Assembly (NCBI GenBank): GCA_042408215.1
Contig: JAYFMW010000017.1
Coordinates: 704,001 to 768,000 of the forward strand
Length of the DNA stretch: 64,000 bases
Reading direction: 5' to 3'
Origin: Microcoleus sp.
GTDB lineage: Bacteria > Cyanobacteriota > Cyanobacteriia > Cyanobacteriales > Microcoleaceae
In this document: piece after piece, positions 50,235 through 59,520 of the stretch
How positions within the stretch are numbered: the first letter of the stretch is position 1
Layout of the letters: every line of letters begins with the position of its first letter
The notes under the pieces: model-generated
Told to the model about the DNA's origin: nothing
The model's database searches: none
The model's input: the letters and a program-made list of their open reading frames with translations, nothing else
Translations under genes and position numbers: made by a program

Positions 50235-50745
50235 TTGACACTCCCCAGCTATCAAGGCGTGGGGATTCTTGGTTCTAGCGACACACCTTAAAACTAGCTA
50301 TCCTTGCGGCAATACTTAAACCAAATATCCGTTCAAAGGAACCAAAGATCGAGCCTAATTTAGTTAGTCCCAGAGGGTTTGATCTCCCCAAGCGTTCGAG
50401 AATTACTTCTCATGTTACCGGATGCCCTACGGTACGTTTTAACTTCCCAAAATTTACTTTTCTGATTTTGGCTTACATGAGTCAGCCTAGCTAGGTTTTT
50501 CGTGGTTTTCGCCACCCACTAACCATTATTGTTTTCCGACCCGTCGTTTGAGCTTAGTGTCTCATGTGTATCGGCGGTTATTCTACCTGTGGCCTAAGTA
50601 TTATTCTACTCTATTTTAAAGAGAATGCAAGGAAATTTGAAAAATAGATATTAAATGCTTGAATGCTTATCAGGTAGACCCTTAATTAAAGCCGTCCTAT
50701 AAGGACGGGGCCCCGGCCTCCCGCTACGCTCCGCCCAATTTTGTG
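50235..50745 (-). mobile_element. IS200/IS605-type MITE carrying a TnpB omegaRNA but no ORF
   Basis: TTAC|CACAAAATTGGG...CCCCGTCC-GGACGG left end; TACCGTAGGGCATCCGG...AACGCTTGGGGAGA...AAGAATCCCCACG...GGGGAGTGTCAA right end. Confidence 0.85.
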
Positions 50746-50835
50746 GTAAGGGTACGTTCCCTTGTGCCCCGTTGTGAGCGAAGCGAAGCAATCTGCGGAT
50801 TACTACGAATTTTTGCTTGTATCATTCAGATACAT

Positions 50836-52100
50836 TTAATCCGGTAAATCCCGGACTAAGCCAGGAATAACCGTGTATGGCAAGACAGAGAAAGCAACAA
50901 GCTCTCCTGTCAAGGAGGTATCTCTCAAAGCTTTCAACAAAATATTGAAAGCGCCATTTTGATCTCTATCTAGAATGTGTCCGCATTCTGGACATTTAAA
51001 AACTTTAGACCCGCTCAATTTAGTATGGATCTGCCCACATTTTGAGCAAGTTTTCGATGTGTACTCTTCTGTTACGTCTACTACAACACCACCGTGTTTG
51101 GTGGCTTGATGCTTCAACATTTGTTGAAAACGATAATGACTCAAAGTGACCATCGCTCTAGCGGTTTTAGTTGCCAACCTGCGCTTACCTTTCTTGACCA
51201 TTTGTTGTGTCTCAAAGGTTGGCAAGAAAATTAACTTGTACTTACCTGTCAAATATTTTGCAGCTTTTTTGTGCAATTCATTGACTAAGTTTTTGATTTT
51301 GATTCTGATTTTTGCTGCGGATTTTCGCAAGCAATACCTCAGTCGCTTGAATGGCCTTCCTTTACTTACCCCAATTCGCGACATTAATTTATCGAGATGT
51401 CTTGCTAGCCGATAGATGCGGCCAATATCGTTTTTCCCTATTTCGATGAAACCACTGCCGTCAAAACCAGTAAGGAAAGTTCTAACACCCGGAGCTAACG
51501 CGATCGCCAAATCGCTATTGATTGGCTTCATACCTCGTGCATCAATCGCATAGCAGATAAACCACTGCCTGTTAATCAAGCTGAGTGTTGGTTCGTGTTG
51601 CATTACCTCAACGATTGGTTCTGATGTTTTAAAGCTTAGCCCCTTGGTAGAAGTTGGGTAAAAAGTACCTAACTTCCAGTTAGATGTTTGGAACCGGATA
51701 GTCTCAGATGTGTCGAAACGGCTTCTAAACTTTGCCGTTCCCTTGACTTTCTTAGCAGCTTTGTGCGCTTCAAAAGCTTGAAATACTGCCATTTGTCGCG
51801 GATTGTAAGGCTGCTCGGATACCCACTTAGGAGCCGAGTCCATTACTTTCTTTCTTAAATCGTACTTGCCAATTTTTGCGTTTTTAAGAATAGCAATTGC
51901 TTGGTTGTAACACCACCTACTTGCTGAGAGCCAAGTCCTCCATTTCGCTGCTAGCTTGGTTTCCGGGTAAACTCGAATCTTCTTTGATAGCAGATTTGTA
52001 TTTTCGCAGACCGTAGAGTCGGCAACTAAAGACGTGGATGATGGCAAGGATATCTTCAACCATTTCTCGTTCTGGAGACAACTCATTTCTACTGAGAACC
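50836..52100 (-). CDS. tnpB: IS607-type TnpB with RuvC-I Asp-to-Ala change (start uncertain; frame open to 52524)
   Basis: KKIRVYP, RWCYNQA, ALAPGVRTF (family consensus ALDPG), EEYTSKTCSKCG and DRDQNGAFNI. Confidence 0.85.
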
Positions 52101-52534
52101 ATGAGTTGGCAATTGTTTTGCTCGCAGATCCATTTGATGAGATCGCCACCGAACCTTGCGAGTCTGTCTTGGTGTCCGACCACAACTGCCGAGATATCTC
52201 CTGACATGACTTGTCCCAGAAGGGCAAGCAGCGCTTTTCTTTTAAAGTTGAGTCCGCCTCCGATGTCTTTGAAGACTTTAGCTTGCGGATAGAGACTTTG
52301 GAGGTAGCTGACTTGTCTGTCGAGGTCTTCTCGCTGTTTGTAGCTACTGACCCTGGCGTAGATGGCTGTAATTCGGTCGTGTCCGGTTCCAAGAACGCTG
52401 TCGATGTCGTAGCGTCGCTGGTTGGATGGGGTTCTGATGGCTGATATTTTGTCGGCAAGTTCCCAGTTTCTAAGGGTTTTATCTGAGACTTGCAGGATTT
52501 TGCAAGCTTCTCGCGGTGTGACATATCTGGTCAT
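51917..52534 (-). CDS. tnpA: IS607 TnpA serine recombinase with N-terminal MerR-like HTH
   Basis: EACKILQVSDKTLRNWE, IYARVSS, DRLARFG and FSCRLYGLRKY. Confidence 0.93.
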   Translation of the reverse strand: MTRYVTPREACKILQVSDKTLRNWELADKISAIRTPSNQRRYDIDSVLGTGHDRITAIYARVSSYKQREDLDRQVSYLQSLYPQAKVFKDIGGGLNFKRKALLALLGQVMSGDISAVVVGHQDRLARFGGDLIKWICEQNNCQLMVLSRNELSPEREMVEDILAIIHVFSCRLYGLRKYKSAIKEDSSLPGNQASSEMEDLALSK

Positions 52535-53024
52535 CGCTAGATGGTATTTTTGTTCTCAATACATAGTACCAGATTTTACAGGGATTTACCAAAACTTTCT
52601 AGGAAATCATTTACTTTGTGTCATTCAGTCTTGATGATAGACTTACTGCACTGTTTAACGAGTTATCGTTGCTCGTGGTCTTTTCTATTTCCCAAGCTGT
52701 CCTGTGGCACTGTTTGGGCCATATTTGTCGGGCCGGTCTGGGCGGATTATAACCTGAAACCAACTAGATTGTAGCATTTAAAGTCCCCCTAGAAGGGGGA
52801 GGCTTTAAACCCAATTTTTCGGTAATTAGCGTGTAGAACTGTATTTAGCTGGATCTTTTAAGATTTAGCTCACAATAAATCTCGTTAACACTAAACGGAT
52901 TGATTGGCTGCATATGTTAACTTATATTAACACAAAAACGGCTGTCTCACCGAATCGATCGCCAAGAAAGTAGCGTCATGGGGGAGACCGATGCAGGTTA
53001 GCCTAGTGTACAAGATAGTTTTAT

Positions 53025-53334
53025 CAGAAAATTGGGTAGAAAACCCCGTCCTTATAGGACGGCTTTTTCTACGACTCGTGCTCAGTCAGAAATCCGCATG
53101 GAGTTGGGTAGACATATCCACGCACCCACCTGTGTGTGGTAGAGTAAATGCATCAGACAAGATTTAAAAACCTACCCCTGGACTGGGGGAAAGTATACGC
53201 CCAAAACACTTTTGAGGAGATCTGACTACACACATTTTTGTGCAAACGTGGTCAGCGAAAGGAACCCTAGAAATAGGGATATTAAGACTGAAATGTCTTA
53301 AGAATCCTCGGGCCTGTATGCCGAGGAGTGTCAA
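53025..53334 (+). mobile_element. IS200/IS605-type MITE (310 bp) with omegaRNA-like right end
   Basis: TTTAT|CAGAAAATTGGGTAGAAAACCCCGTCC...GGACGG; AAGAATCCTCGG...CCGAGGAGTGTCAA. Confidence 0.85.
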
Positions 53335-53349
53335 AGAGAATTTTGTCAT

Positions 53350-54600
53350 ATGTATGCTCAAAACCAAATGCAATGGGTCAGCGCTTTATCAACCCGTCCC
53401 TCTTTAGAATCAGCCCTCAAAGAAGTTGTAGAACAAGCTGAGCGATCGCTAGAAGGCCCCGCAGATTTAGGTCTGATCTTTATCTCGTCTGCCTTTGCTT
53501 CGGAGTATTCTCGGCTGATGCCTTTACTCGCAGAATTACTGCCGATTCCGGCTCTGATTGGCTGCGGGGCGATCGGGATCGTTGGTACCAATCAGGGCGG
53601 CGTTACCGAAGAAGTAGAGGGTTCTCCAGCCGTCAGCTTGACTCTGGCGCGCTTGCCGGGAGTGAATGTCAGAACTTTTCACGTCGGTGGCGAACAACTG
53701 CCGGATTTAGACAGTCCCCCAGATACTTGGGTGGATCTCTTGGGTGTCCCGGCAGAGGAAGAACCGCAGTTCATCATCTTAGCCGATCCCTTTTCGTCAA
53801 AAATTAACGACCTGCTGCAAGGGCTAGATTATGCCTATCCGGGCGCGCCGAAGGTAGGGGGACTGGCGGGCGGGGACGGTAGCAGGGGTACGGCGCTGTT
53901 CTGCAACTATCAGCTTTACCGAGAAGGGACGGTTGGGGTGGCTTTGAGCGGCAATATTGTTTTGGAGACGATCGTTGCTCAAGGTTGTAGACCGATCGGG
54001 CGTCCCTATCGGGTGACGGAAGGAGAGCGCAATATTTTGCTCAAACTCGAAGAACAAACCGACGATTCAGGGTTCGGGGGGACTGGGCGATCGCCCTTAG
54101 AATCCCTGCGAGAGTTGGTGCAAACTTTGAGCGAAAAAGACCGAGAATTAGCCCAGCACTCGCTATTTGTAGGCTTAGTGAGCGATGAATTCAAGGTTCT
54201 ATTAGAGCCTGGAGATTTTTTAATCCGAAATCTGTTGGGGGTAGATCCGAAAGTGGGAGCCATTGCGATCGGCGATCGAGTCCGTCCTGGACAGCGGATT
54301 CAATTTCACCTCCGGGACGCCCGCACCTCCGCAGAAGACCTAGAAATGCTGCTAGAACGCTATCAGCGATCGGGCGAATACAGGGGTAAATCCAGTGCCG
54401 GTGCCTTGATGTTCTCTTGTCTAGGGCGTGGCGAAGGGCTTTACGGCGAGCCCAACTTTGACTCGCGGCTTTTTAGTCGATACCTCAACAACATCCCCCT
54501 GAGTGGCTTTTTCTGCAACGGCGAAATCGGCCCCGTCAGCGGAAACACCTTTCTGCACGGCTACACCTCCGTATTTGGGATTTGCCGCCAAAATTCATAA
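53350..54600 (+). CDS. FIST N/C-domain signal transduction protein
   Basis: LIGCG, VGGLAG, VAQGCRPIG, FSCLGRG, GFFCNGEIGP and LHGYTS. Confidence 0.92.
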   Translation: MYAQNQMQWVSALSTRPSLESALKEVVEQAERSLEGPADLGLIFISSAFASEYSRLMPLLAELLPIPALIGCGAIGIVGTNQGGVTEEVEGSPAVSLTLARLPGVNVRTFHVGGEQLPDLDSPPDTWVDLLGVPAEEEPQFIILADPFSSKINDLLQGLDYAYPGAPKVGGLAGGDGSRGTALFCNYQLYREGTVGVALSGNIVLETIVAQGCRPIGRPYRVTEGERNILLKLEEQTDDSGFGGTGRSPLESLRELVQTLSEKDRELAQHSLFVGLVSDEFKVLLEPGDFLIRNLLGVDPKVGAIAIGDRVRPGQRIQFHLRDARTSAEDLEMLLERYQRSGEYRGKSSAGALMFSCLGRGEGLYGEPNFDSRLFSRYLNNIPLSGFFCNGEIGPVSGNTFLHGYTSVFGICRQNS

Positions 54601-54603
54601 TTT

Positions 54604-55008
54604 GTTGACTGATGACTAATGACTGTTGACTGATGACTGATGACTGATGACTGATGACTGTTGACTGATGACTGATGACTGATGACTGATGACTGATGAC
54701 TGATGACTGATGACTGATGACTGATGACTGTTGACTCTTGACTGTTGACTGATGACTGTTGACTGATGACTGTTGACTGATGACTCTTGACTAATGACTC
54801 TTGACTGTTGACTGATGACTCTTGACTCTTGACTGTTGACTGATGACTGTTGACTAATGACTGTTGACTAATGACTGTTGACTAATGACTGTTGACTAAT
54901 GACTGTTGACTAATGACTGTTGACTAATGACTAATGACTGTTGACTAATGACTGTTGACTAATGACTAATGACTGTTGACTAATGACTAATTACTAATTA
55001 CTAATGAC
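54604..55008. repeat. Heptamer STRR (TGACTGA/TGACTGT/TGACTAA/TGACTCT)
   Basis: About 57 consecutive heptamers. Confidence 0.95.
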
Positions 55009-55010
55009 CA

Positions 55011-55048
55011 AAAAGTAAAAGCGGCAGTCGCCTGCCGCTTTTACTTTT
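55011..55048. terminator. Bidirectional intrinsic terminator
   Basis: AAAAGTAAAAGCGGCAG-TCGC-CTGCCGCTTTTACTTTT between convergent genes. Confidence 0.8.
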
Positions 55049-55067
55049 AACTAGATATCGGGAAACC

Positions 55068-57170
55068 TTAGAAACTAAAGGTTGTCCGCAGGACTCCGAC
55101 CCAGATATCCTCGTTTTTGTTGTTGTGTTCGGGATTCAGAATCACATAAACGCCCGGTGTCACGGAAATAAAGTCATTGACTTGGAAGCGATAGAAACCC
55201 TCTAGGTGATAAGAGGTGTCTTGATCTTTCTGCCGGCTACCATTCGCTGCTCTGAAAGTGCTGTCGGTAACTTTCGGCGGCACACCAAACACGAAACCTA
55301 GCAGATTACCACTCTTGCCAAAATCTGGGAAAGCCAAATTCACAGCATAGTTGATGACGGTAGCTTCTCGGTTTCTGTTAAGAACACCGACGCTGTGGTC
55401 ATTTTCTTGTTCAGCCTTTGTGTAACCGATCCAACCGCCAAGCTGAAAGCGACTGCTTGGTTTGATGTTAGCTTGCAGACCAAAGTTATTGGATGCGGTG
55501 GCTGATTGACCGAAGGGCCGGTTAGCCAAGGAACTGCCGGTGCTACCTGTCAGGCCAACATTACCGGATCGATCGTATTTGCGGTTGTAACTCAGACCAA
55601 GGTCAAATGCTTTGCCCACAGACAGGTTGAGCTGACCGATCGCGCTGAAAGAACCGTCAAAAACGCCCCGACCGTTTGCGGGGTTGGGAGCATCGCCGTC
55701 GGAAGCAAGATAGCCTACTGTGGCTGTCAGAGCCTTGCCCAAGCTGTAATTCACAGCAGCACCTGCTCCTTCGGGGCCGCGGAAGATGGCTGGGTTGTAA
55801 CGTCCAAACCTGGAGATAGAACCGTTACCACCATCTCCAAAGGGAGTAGTCAGAGGAGCAACATCATCCAGATTCAATCCTTTGGGCCCTAACCAGACTG
55901 TAGCGTTGCCTACTGGGAAGCGATATAACACCTTATCGAGTGTGAACGAGTTGTTATCATTTTGGCCGTCAACGCCGAGGCGAGCCATGTTGGTGCCAGT
56001 GGCAGTGGCGGCACCGTAGTTGGGGATGTTGATAGCTTGCAAGCGGGTTCTGAGCAAGTCCTTGCCGGTGAAGCTGGTGTCGAAGTTCAACCGCACTCGG
56101 TAGCCGAAGGTGGTAGAGGTTTTGTCGTCTTTAAGGCCTACACCATCTCCAAAGGTGTCGCTAGCCAGAAAGATTACTTCTCCTTTCAACTTGGTGGTGG
56201 TGGAGAACTGATTGGCTTCGAGTTCTGCGGTGCGGGCTTCTAGGCCGTCTACTCGTCCGCGCAGGGTAGCGAGTTCGACTGCAAATTCTTCTTGCAGGCG
56301 TTGCAGAACTGCTAAGTCGTCTTTGGTGACGAAGTTACCTGTTGACGAGCCGATTAGCTTAGTTACTTGGTCTAAGCAAGCGTTAACGCCGGCGGCAAAT
56401 TCGTAGCGGGTGAGGGCGCGGTTGCCGCGGTAGGTGCCGTCGGGATAGCCTACGATACAACCGTAGCGCTCGACTAGGGATTGTAGGGCTTGGAATGCCC
56501 AGTCTGTCGGCTTCACGTCGGAGAGCTGGGAAACTGATGTCACTTGGGACATGGCTCCCGACTGTTGAGTCTGCTGTCCTTGGGGAGCGGCGGGGACGAT
56601 CGGGCCGCCCATGCCGGCCGGGGAAGTCTGAGCCAGTTCGACCTTCGCAGCAGTGGTGCTGGCGACTGTTGGCAGTTGACTGTTCTGGGAAGCTTGAGTC
56701 TGGCTGCTTTCTACCGCCAAGTCTGATGCTTGGGGCAAGGGTGCAGCGGCTGTCGCTGTGTTGGCGGGAGCGCTTTCTACGGCTGACTGGATGACGCTGT
56801 TTGTAGCTGGCAGTGCCGGGGCGCTGGTGTCTGGTTCGATCGAGGCCAGTTTTTCAGCTTCGGCTGGTTTAGCGTCTAATGCTGGGGCGATCGCTGCTGG
56901 TTCTGAAGTTGGCACCGCTTCGATCGACTCGGAGAGCTCATCGCTACTGTTTAGCGCCTGGGTATCCGAAGTAGCAGGCGATGCTGCAATGGTTTCTGCA
57001 ACTGATGCTGCAATTGTTGACTCAGATGGCCCAGCTGCGGCTAGCTGGCTGGCCTCAGACGTTGCTGGGGCTTCTACAGCGATTGCTGCTGCACAAGCGA
57101 CTGACGATAATCCCAGAATAGCTGGGGAAGCTAGCAGTAAATTCAAAAAAGTTTTGTTCATTTTCCTCAC
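55068..57170 (-). CDS. SLH-domain OprB-type (iron uptake/carbohydrate) porin
   Basis: QVTSVSQLSDVKPTDWAFQAL, FSTTTKLKGE and terminal RTTFSF. Confidence 0.95.
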   Translation of the reverse strand: MRKMNKTFLNLLLASPAILGLSSVACAAAIAVEAPATSEASQLAAAGPSESTIAASVAETIAASPATSDTQALNSSDELSESIEAVPTSEPAAIAPALDAKPAEAEKLASIEPDTSAPALPATNSVIQSAVESAPANTATAAAPLPQASDLAVESSQTQASQNSQLPTVASTTAAKVELAQTSPAGMGGPIVPAAPQGQQTQQSGAMSQVTSVSQLSDVKPTDWAFQALQSLVERYGCIVGYPDGTYRGNRALTRYEFAAGVNACLDQVTKLIGSSTGNFVTKDDLAVLQRLQEEFAVELATLRGRVDGLEARTAELEANQFSTTTKLKGEVIFLASDTFGDGVGLKDDKTSTTFGYRVRLNFDTSFTGKDLLRTRLQAINIPNYGAATATGTNMARLGVDGQNDNNSFTLDKVLYRFPVGNATVWLGPKGLNLDDVAPLTTPFGDGGNGSISRFGRYNPAIFRGPEGAGAAVNYSLGKALTATVGYLASDGDAPNPANGRGVFDGSFSAIGQLNLSVGKAFDLGLSYNRKYDRSGNVGLTGSTGSSLANRPFGQSATASNNFGLQANIKPSSRFQLGGWIGYTKAEQENDHSVGVLNRNREATVINYAVNLAFPDFGKSGNLLGFVFGVPPKVTDSTFRAANGSRQKDQDTSYHLEGFYRFQVNDFISVTPGVYVILNPEHNNKNEDIWVGVLRTTFSF

Positions 57171-58345
57171 ACCGTCACACTCTACTCGACTTGAGCAGCA
57201 AGTCCCAACTGCTATTTTTTGTAGTTGCCTGCCCGTTCACAATAACTTCTACAGCTTGCGAGCCAATTCTGTCAAGCTTTTTAACCTGATTTTAAAGCTC
57301 ACTGCCCTACGGGAGGGGATTTTCCCGGATTGGTTTTCCCGCATTGCTGGGGAACCGAGGATTTAAGGCTGGCTGGTAGATGTACGCTGAACCTGTCAAA
57401 TTTCCGGCTTGACAACTTGATGATTTTCTGATCCCCCCAGCAGTCGGGACTTGTCGGCGCGATCGCCAATTTTTAAACTGCTGGGAGTGAGTTTACTTGC
57501 AGGCTATTTTAACACAATTTTTGATATTTTCTGGAAGTCGCAGCAGACTGAATGTCTGTTAGCTGAAACTAGACTTTTGCCCCCTTCCTATGTAGTCTGT
57601 TTTGACCCGTTAATTTTTGGGGGCCGTGGTCGGTTCTGGGTTCTGGTTTCCCCTGTCATCGATTCAGCTACCAAAGTAGCAATTGATTCTCCATTTTGTC
57701 AAGGCCATAAGTAATCGCAACAGGTGCGTTCGGCTAGGATAAAATTGTATATTTGGACCAAGGCAATCGACCTTTGTATGCCATGCTACATTTAGGTGTG
57801 GCATCTATCAATTTTTATCGAAAATCAAGGGCAGTTTTTCCGAGTAGTAAGGTGGCTACTAGGATGGTTTTTTCGCTTCGTTAATGGGGATTTTACGGGA
57901 TCGCGACAATTCTGGGATTTTATACTCAGTTAACGGGTGGAGTTTTGTCCGGTGCTGTCAGTTCTGAAGCCGAGATTTGGTGGAATCCAGGAATGGGGCA
58001 GAGAAAATCCTGCCATTGCTCGCAGTATCAATCTGGCAGCAAAACCCCTGGTTGTCAGTGTTTTATCGGAAGTTACTCTAGGAAATGTACGATCGATGAG
58101 TCATTTGTTCGCATCGAAAGTGCGGCTGGAATTGTTCCTAAATCCACAATTGCAGAGTGAGATTATATTGGTTTACAAGTCAACTATATCTCAGATTAAT
58201 AATCATTTTAGTGAGGTTTGTGTCTAGGTGAGGTAAGGCTTTTAGCGTTAAAATAGCCAATATCCAGAAGTCAAAAATAGAACTGGTGGCGCGGAGTAAA
58301 AACAGCACTTTTGGGCTGGAAAAGTTAGTAGAAAAGTGATGATTT

Positions 58346-59462
58346 ATGGAAGATTTATGCCTAATTGTGACCTGCTGTGATTAAGATTATTTATTTGCTA
58401 AGGGTTGCTGCGCTAGCATCAGGTATTTCCTGGGAGATGTGCCGATTTGTCTGTTGATTGATGGCCAGTTTTATGTCAGTGATTTGGAAAAGTCTTACGG
58501 GGTACGAGCGATCGCACCTTAGTTTCTGAGGAGGTTCTCAGAAAAAGAAGTTTTGGTTGGGGCCAAACTAAGATGATTGCTTTCGGGGAAAGTCCTTGGT
58601 CAATTTTTTTGAGGTTGGATGCGGATGAGTAAATCTACTTAATTAAACCTAAGATACAGGTGGCTAAAAAGCTTGCTGTATGAGCATTCTTCCTTCTTCC
58701 TTCTTCCTTCCCGGCGTTAAATCCGTTAAATCCGTTAAATCCGTTAAATCCGTTACAGAATCCGTTGCCGAACTTCCTTCTTCCTTCTACTTACAATCGT
58801 CTGGGGTGATGTTCTCAAATTGGCTAATTTTCGGGAATTTGATTTTATTGTAGATCGGGCTTGTTACGATTACTCGGATGCAGAGGTTTCGGAGTTTTTC
58901 TTTGATATTCATGGTGTTGAGCAGCATTTACCCGATTTTCGCTGGTCGGAATCTCGATCGAATTATTTCTGTACTGGTACTTTTTTTGCGAAGCGGGGTG
59001 TTTTTAGCTGAGAGGAATATGTAGAAATTTTAGATTTTACGGCGGGAAATCCGGGAATATTTAAGTACGGAGAAATGGGATCTTTAAACTTTATTTAAAC
59101 TTGATGATTTTTCGGGCGGCTCAGGAAAATAGGCTGCGGGTGCAAAATGTGATATGCAGTTGTTGGTGCTGGATTTTGACTAAGATTTGCCGATCGAGCG
59201 GTTTCCGGTTGAGTCAAGTGGGCCTGGGGGCGATCGCGATCGAGCGACTGTGATTCACTGGTGCGGGCCGAAACCGACTTTATCTACATCTAAAGTTTAC
59301 TCCGAACCGATAAATTTTTGTCGCCGGAAGTGTCAGGAGGATGTTTGGGGCCGTACTGGTGTGGCTGCTTCAATGCAGTTGCATATTGAGGATTGGCTGC
59401 GATCGATCTATGTGTATAAGAATAAGTTTAAGAAGAAGTTTCGACAGTTGGCGGGGAAGTAG
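58346..59462 (+). pseudogene. Decayed glycosyltransferase-like (GT-A, DxD) gene interrupted by a repeat element
   Basis: Fragments MEDLCLIVTCCD*DYLFAKGCCASIRYF, FLRLDAD | TIVWGD, YFCTGTFF and VIHWCG; several stops and frameshifts; insert ~58628-58792 with CCTTCTT and TTAAATCCG repeats. Confidence 0.7.
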
Positions 59463-59520
59463 AATTTTGCAACCGCCGATTTAAGCGGATGAACGGGGAT
59501 GCACGCGGATTAATTTCAGG

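Larger units (their letters stand above)
50827..52628 (-). mobile_element. IS607-family element (serine recombinase + TnpB)
   Basis: tnpA/tnpB pair; TTGTRTCATTCAG at both junctions. Confidence 0.9.
49372..52821 (-). mobile_element. Outer non-autonomous IS200/IS605-type element (omegaRNA only) containing three nested insertions
   Basis: Left end TTAC|CGAAAAATTGGGTTTAAAGCCTCCCCC...GGGGGAC at 52821; omegaRNA pieces rejoin across inserts; terminal AGTGTCAA at 49372. Confidence 0.7.

Noticed and set aside
57290..57365. Possible cobalamin riboswitch upstream of the porin
   Set aside because: B12-box and core motifs could not be identified
58192..58212. Fur-box-like GATTAATAATCATTTT
   Set aside because: Weak match in AT-rich DNA about 1 kb from the porin start
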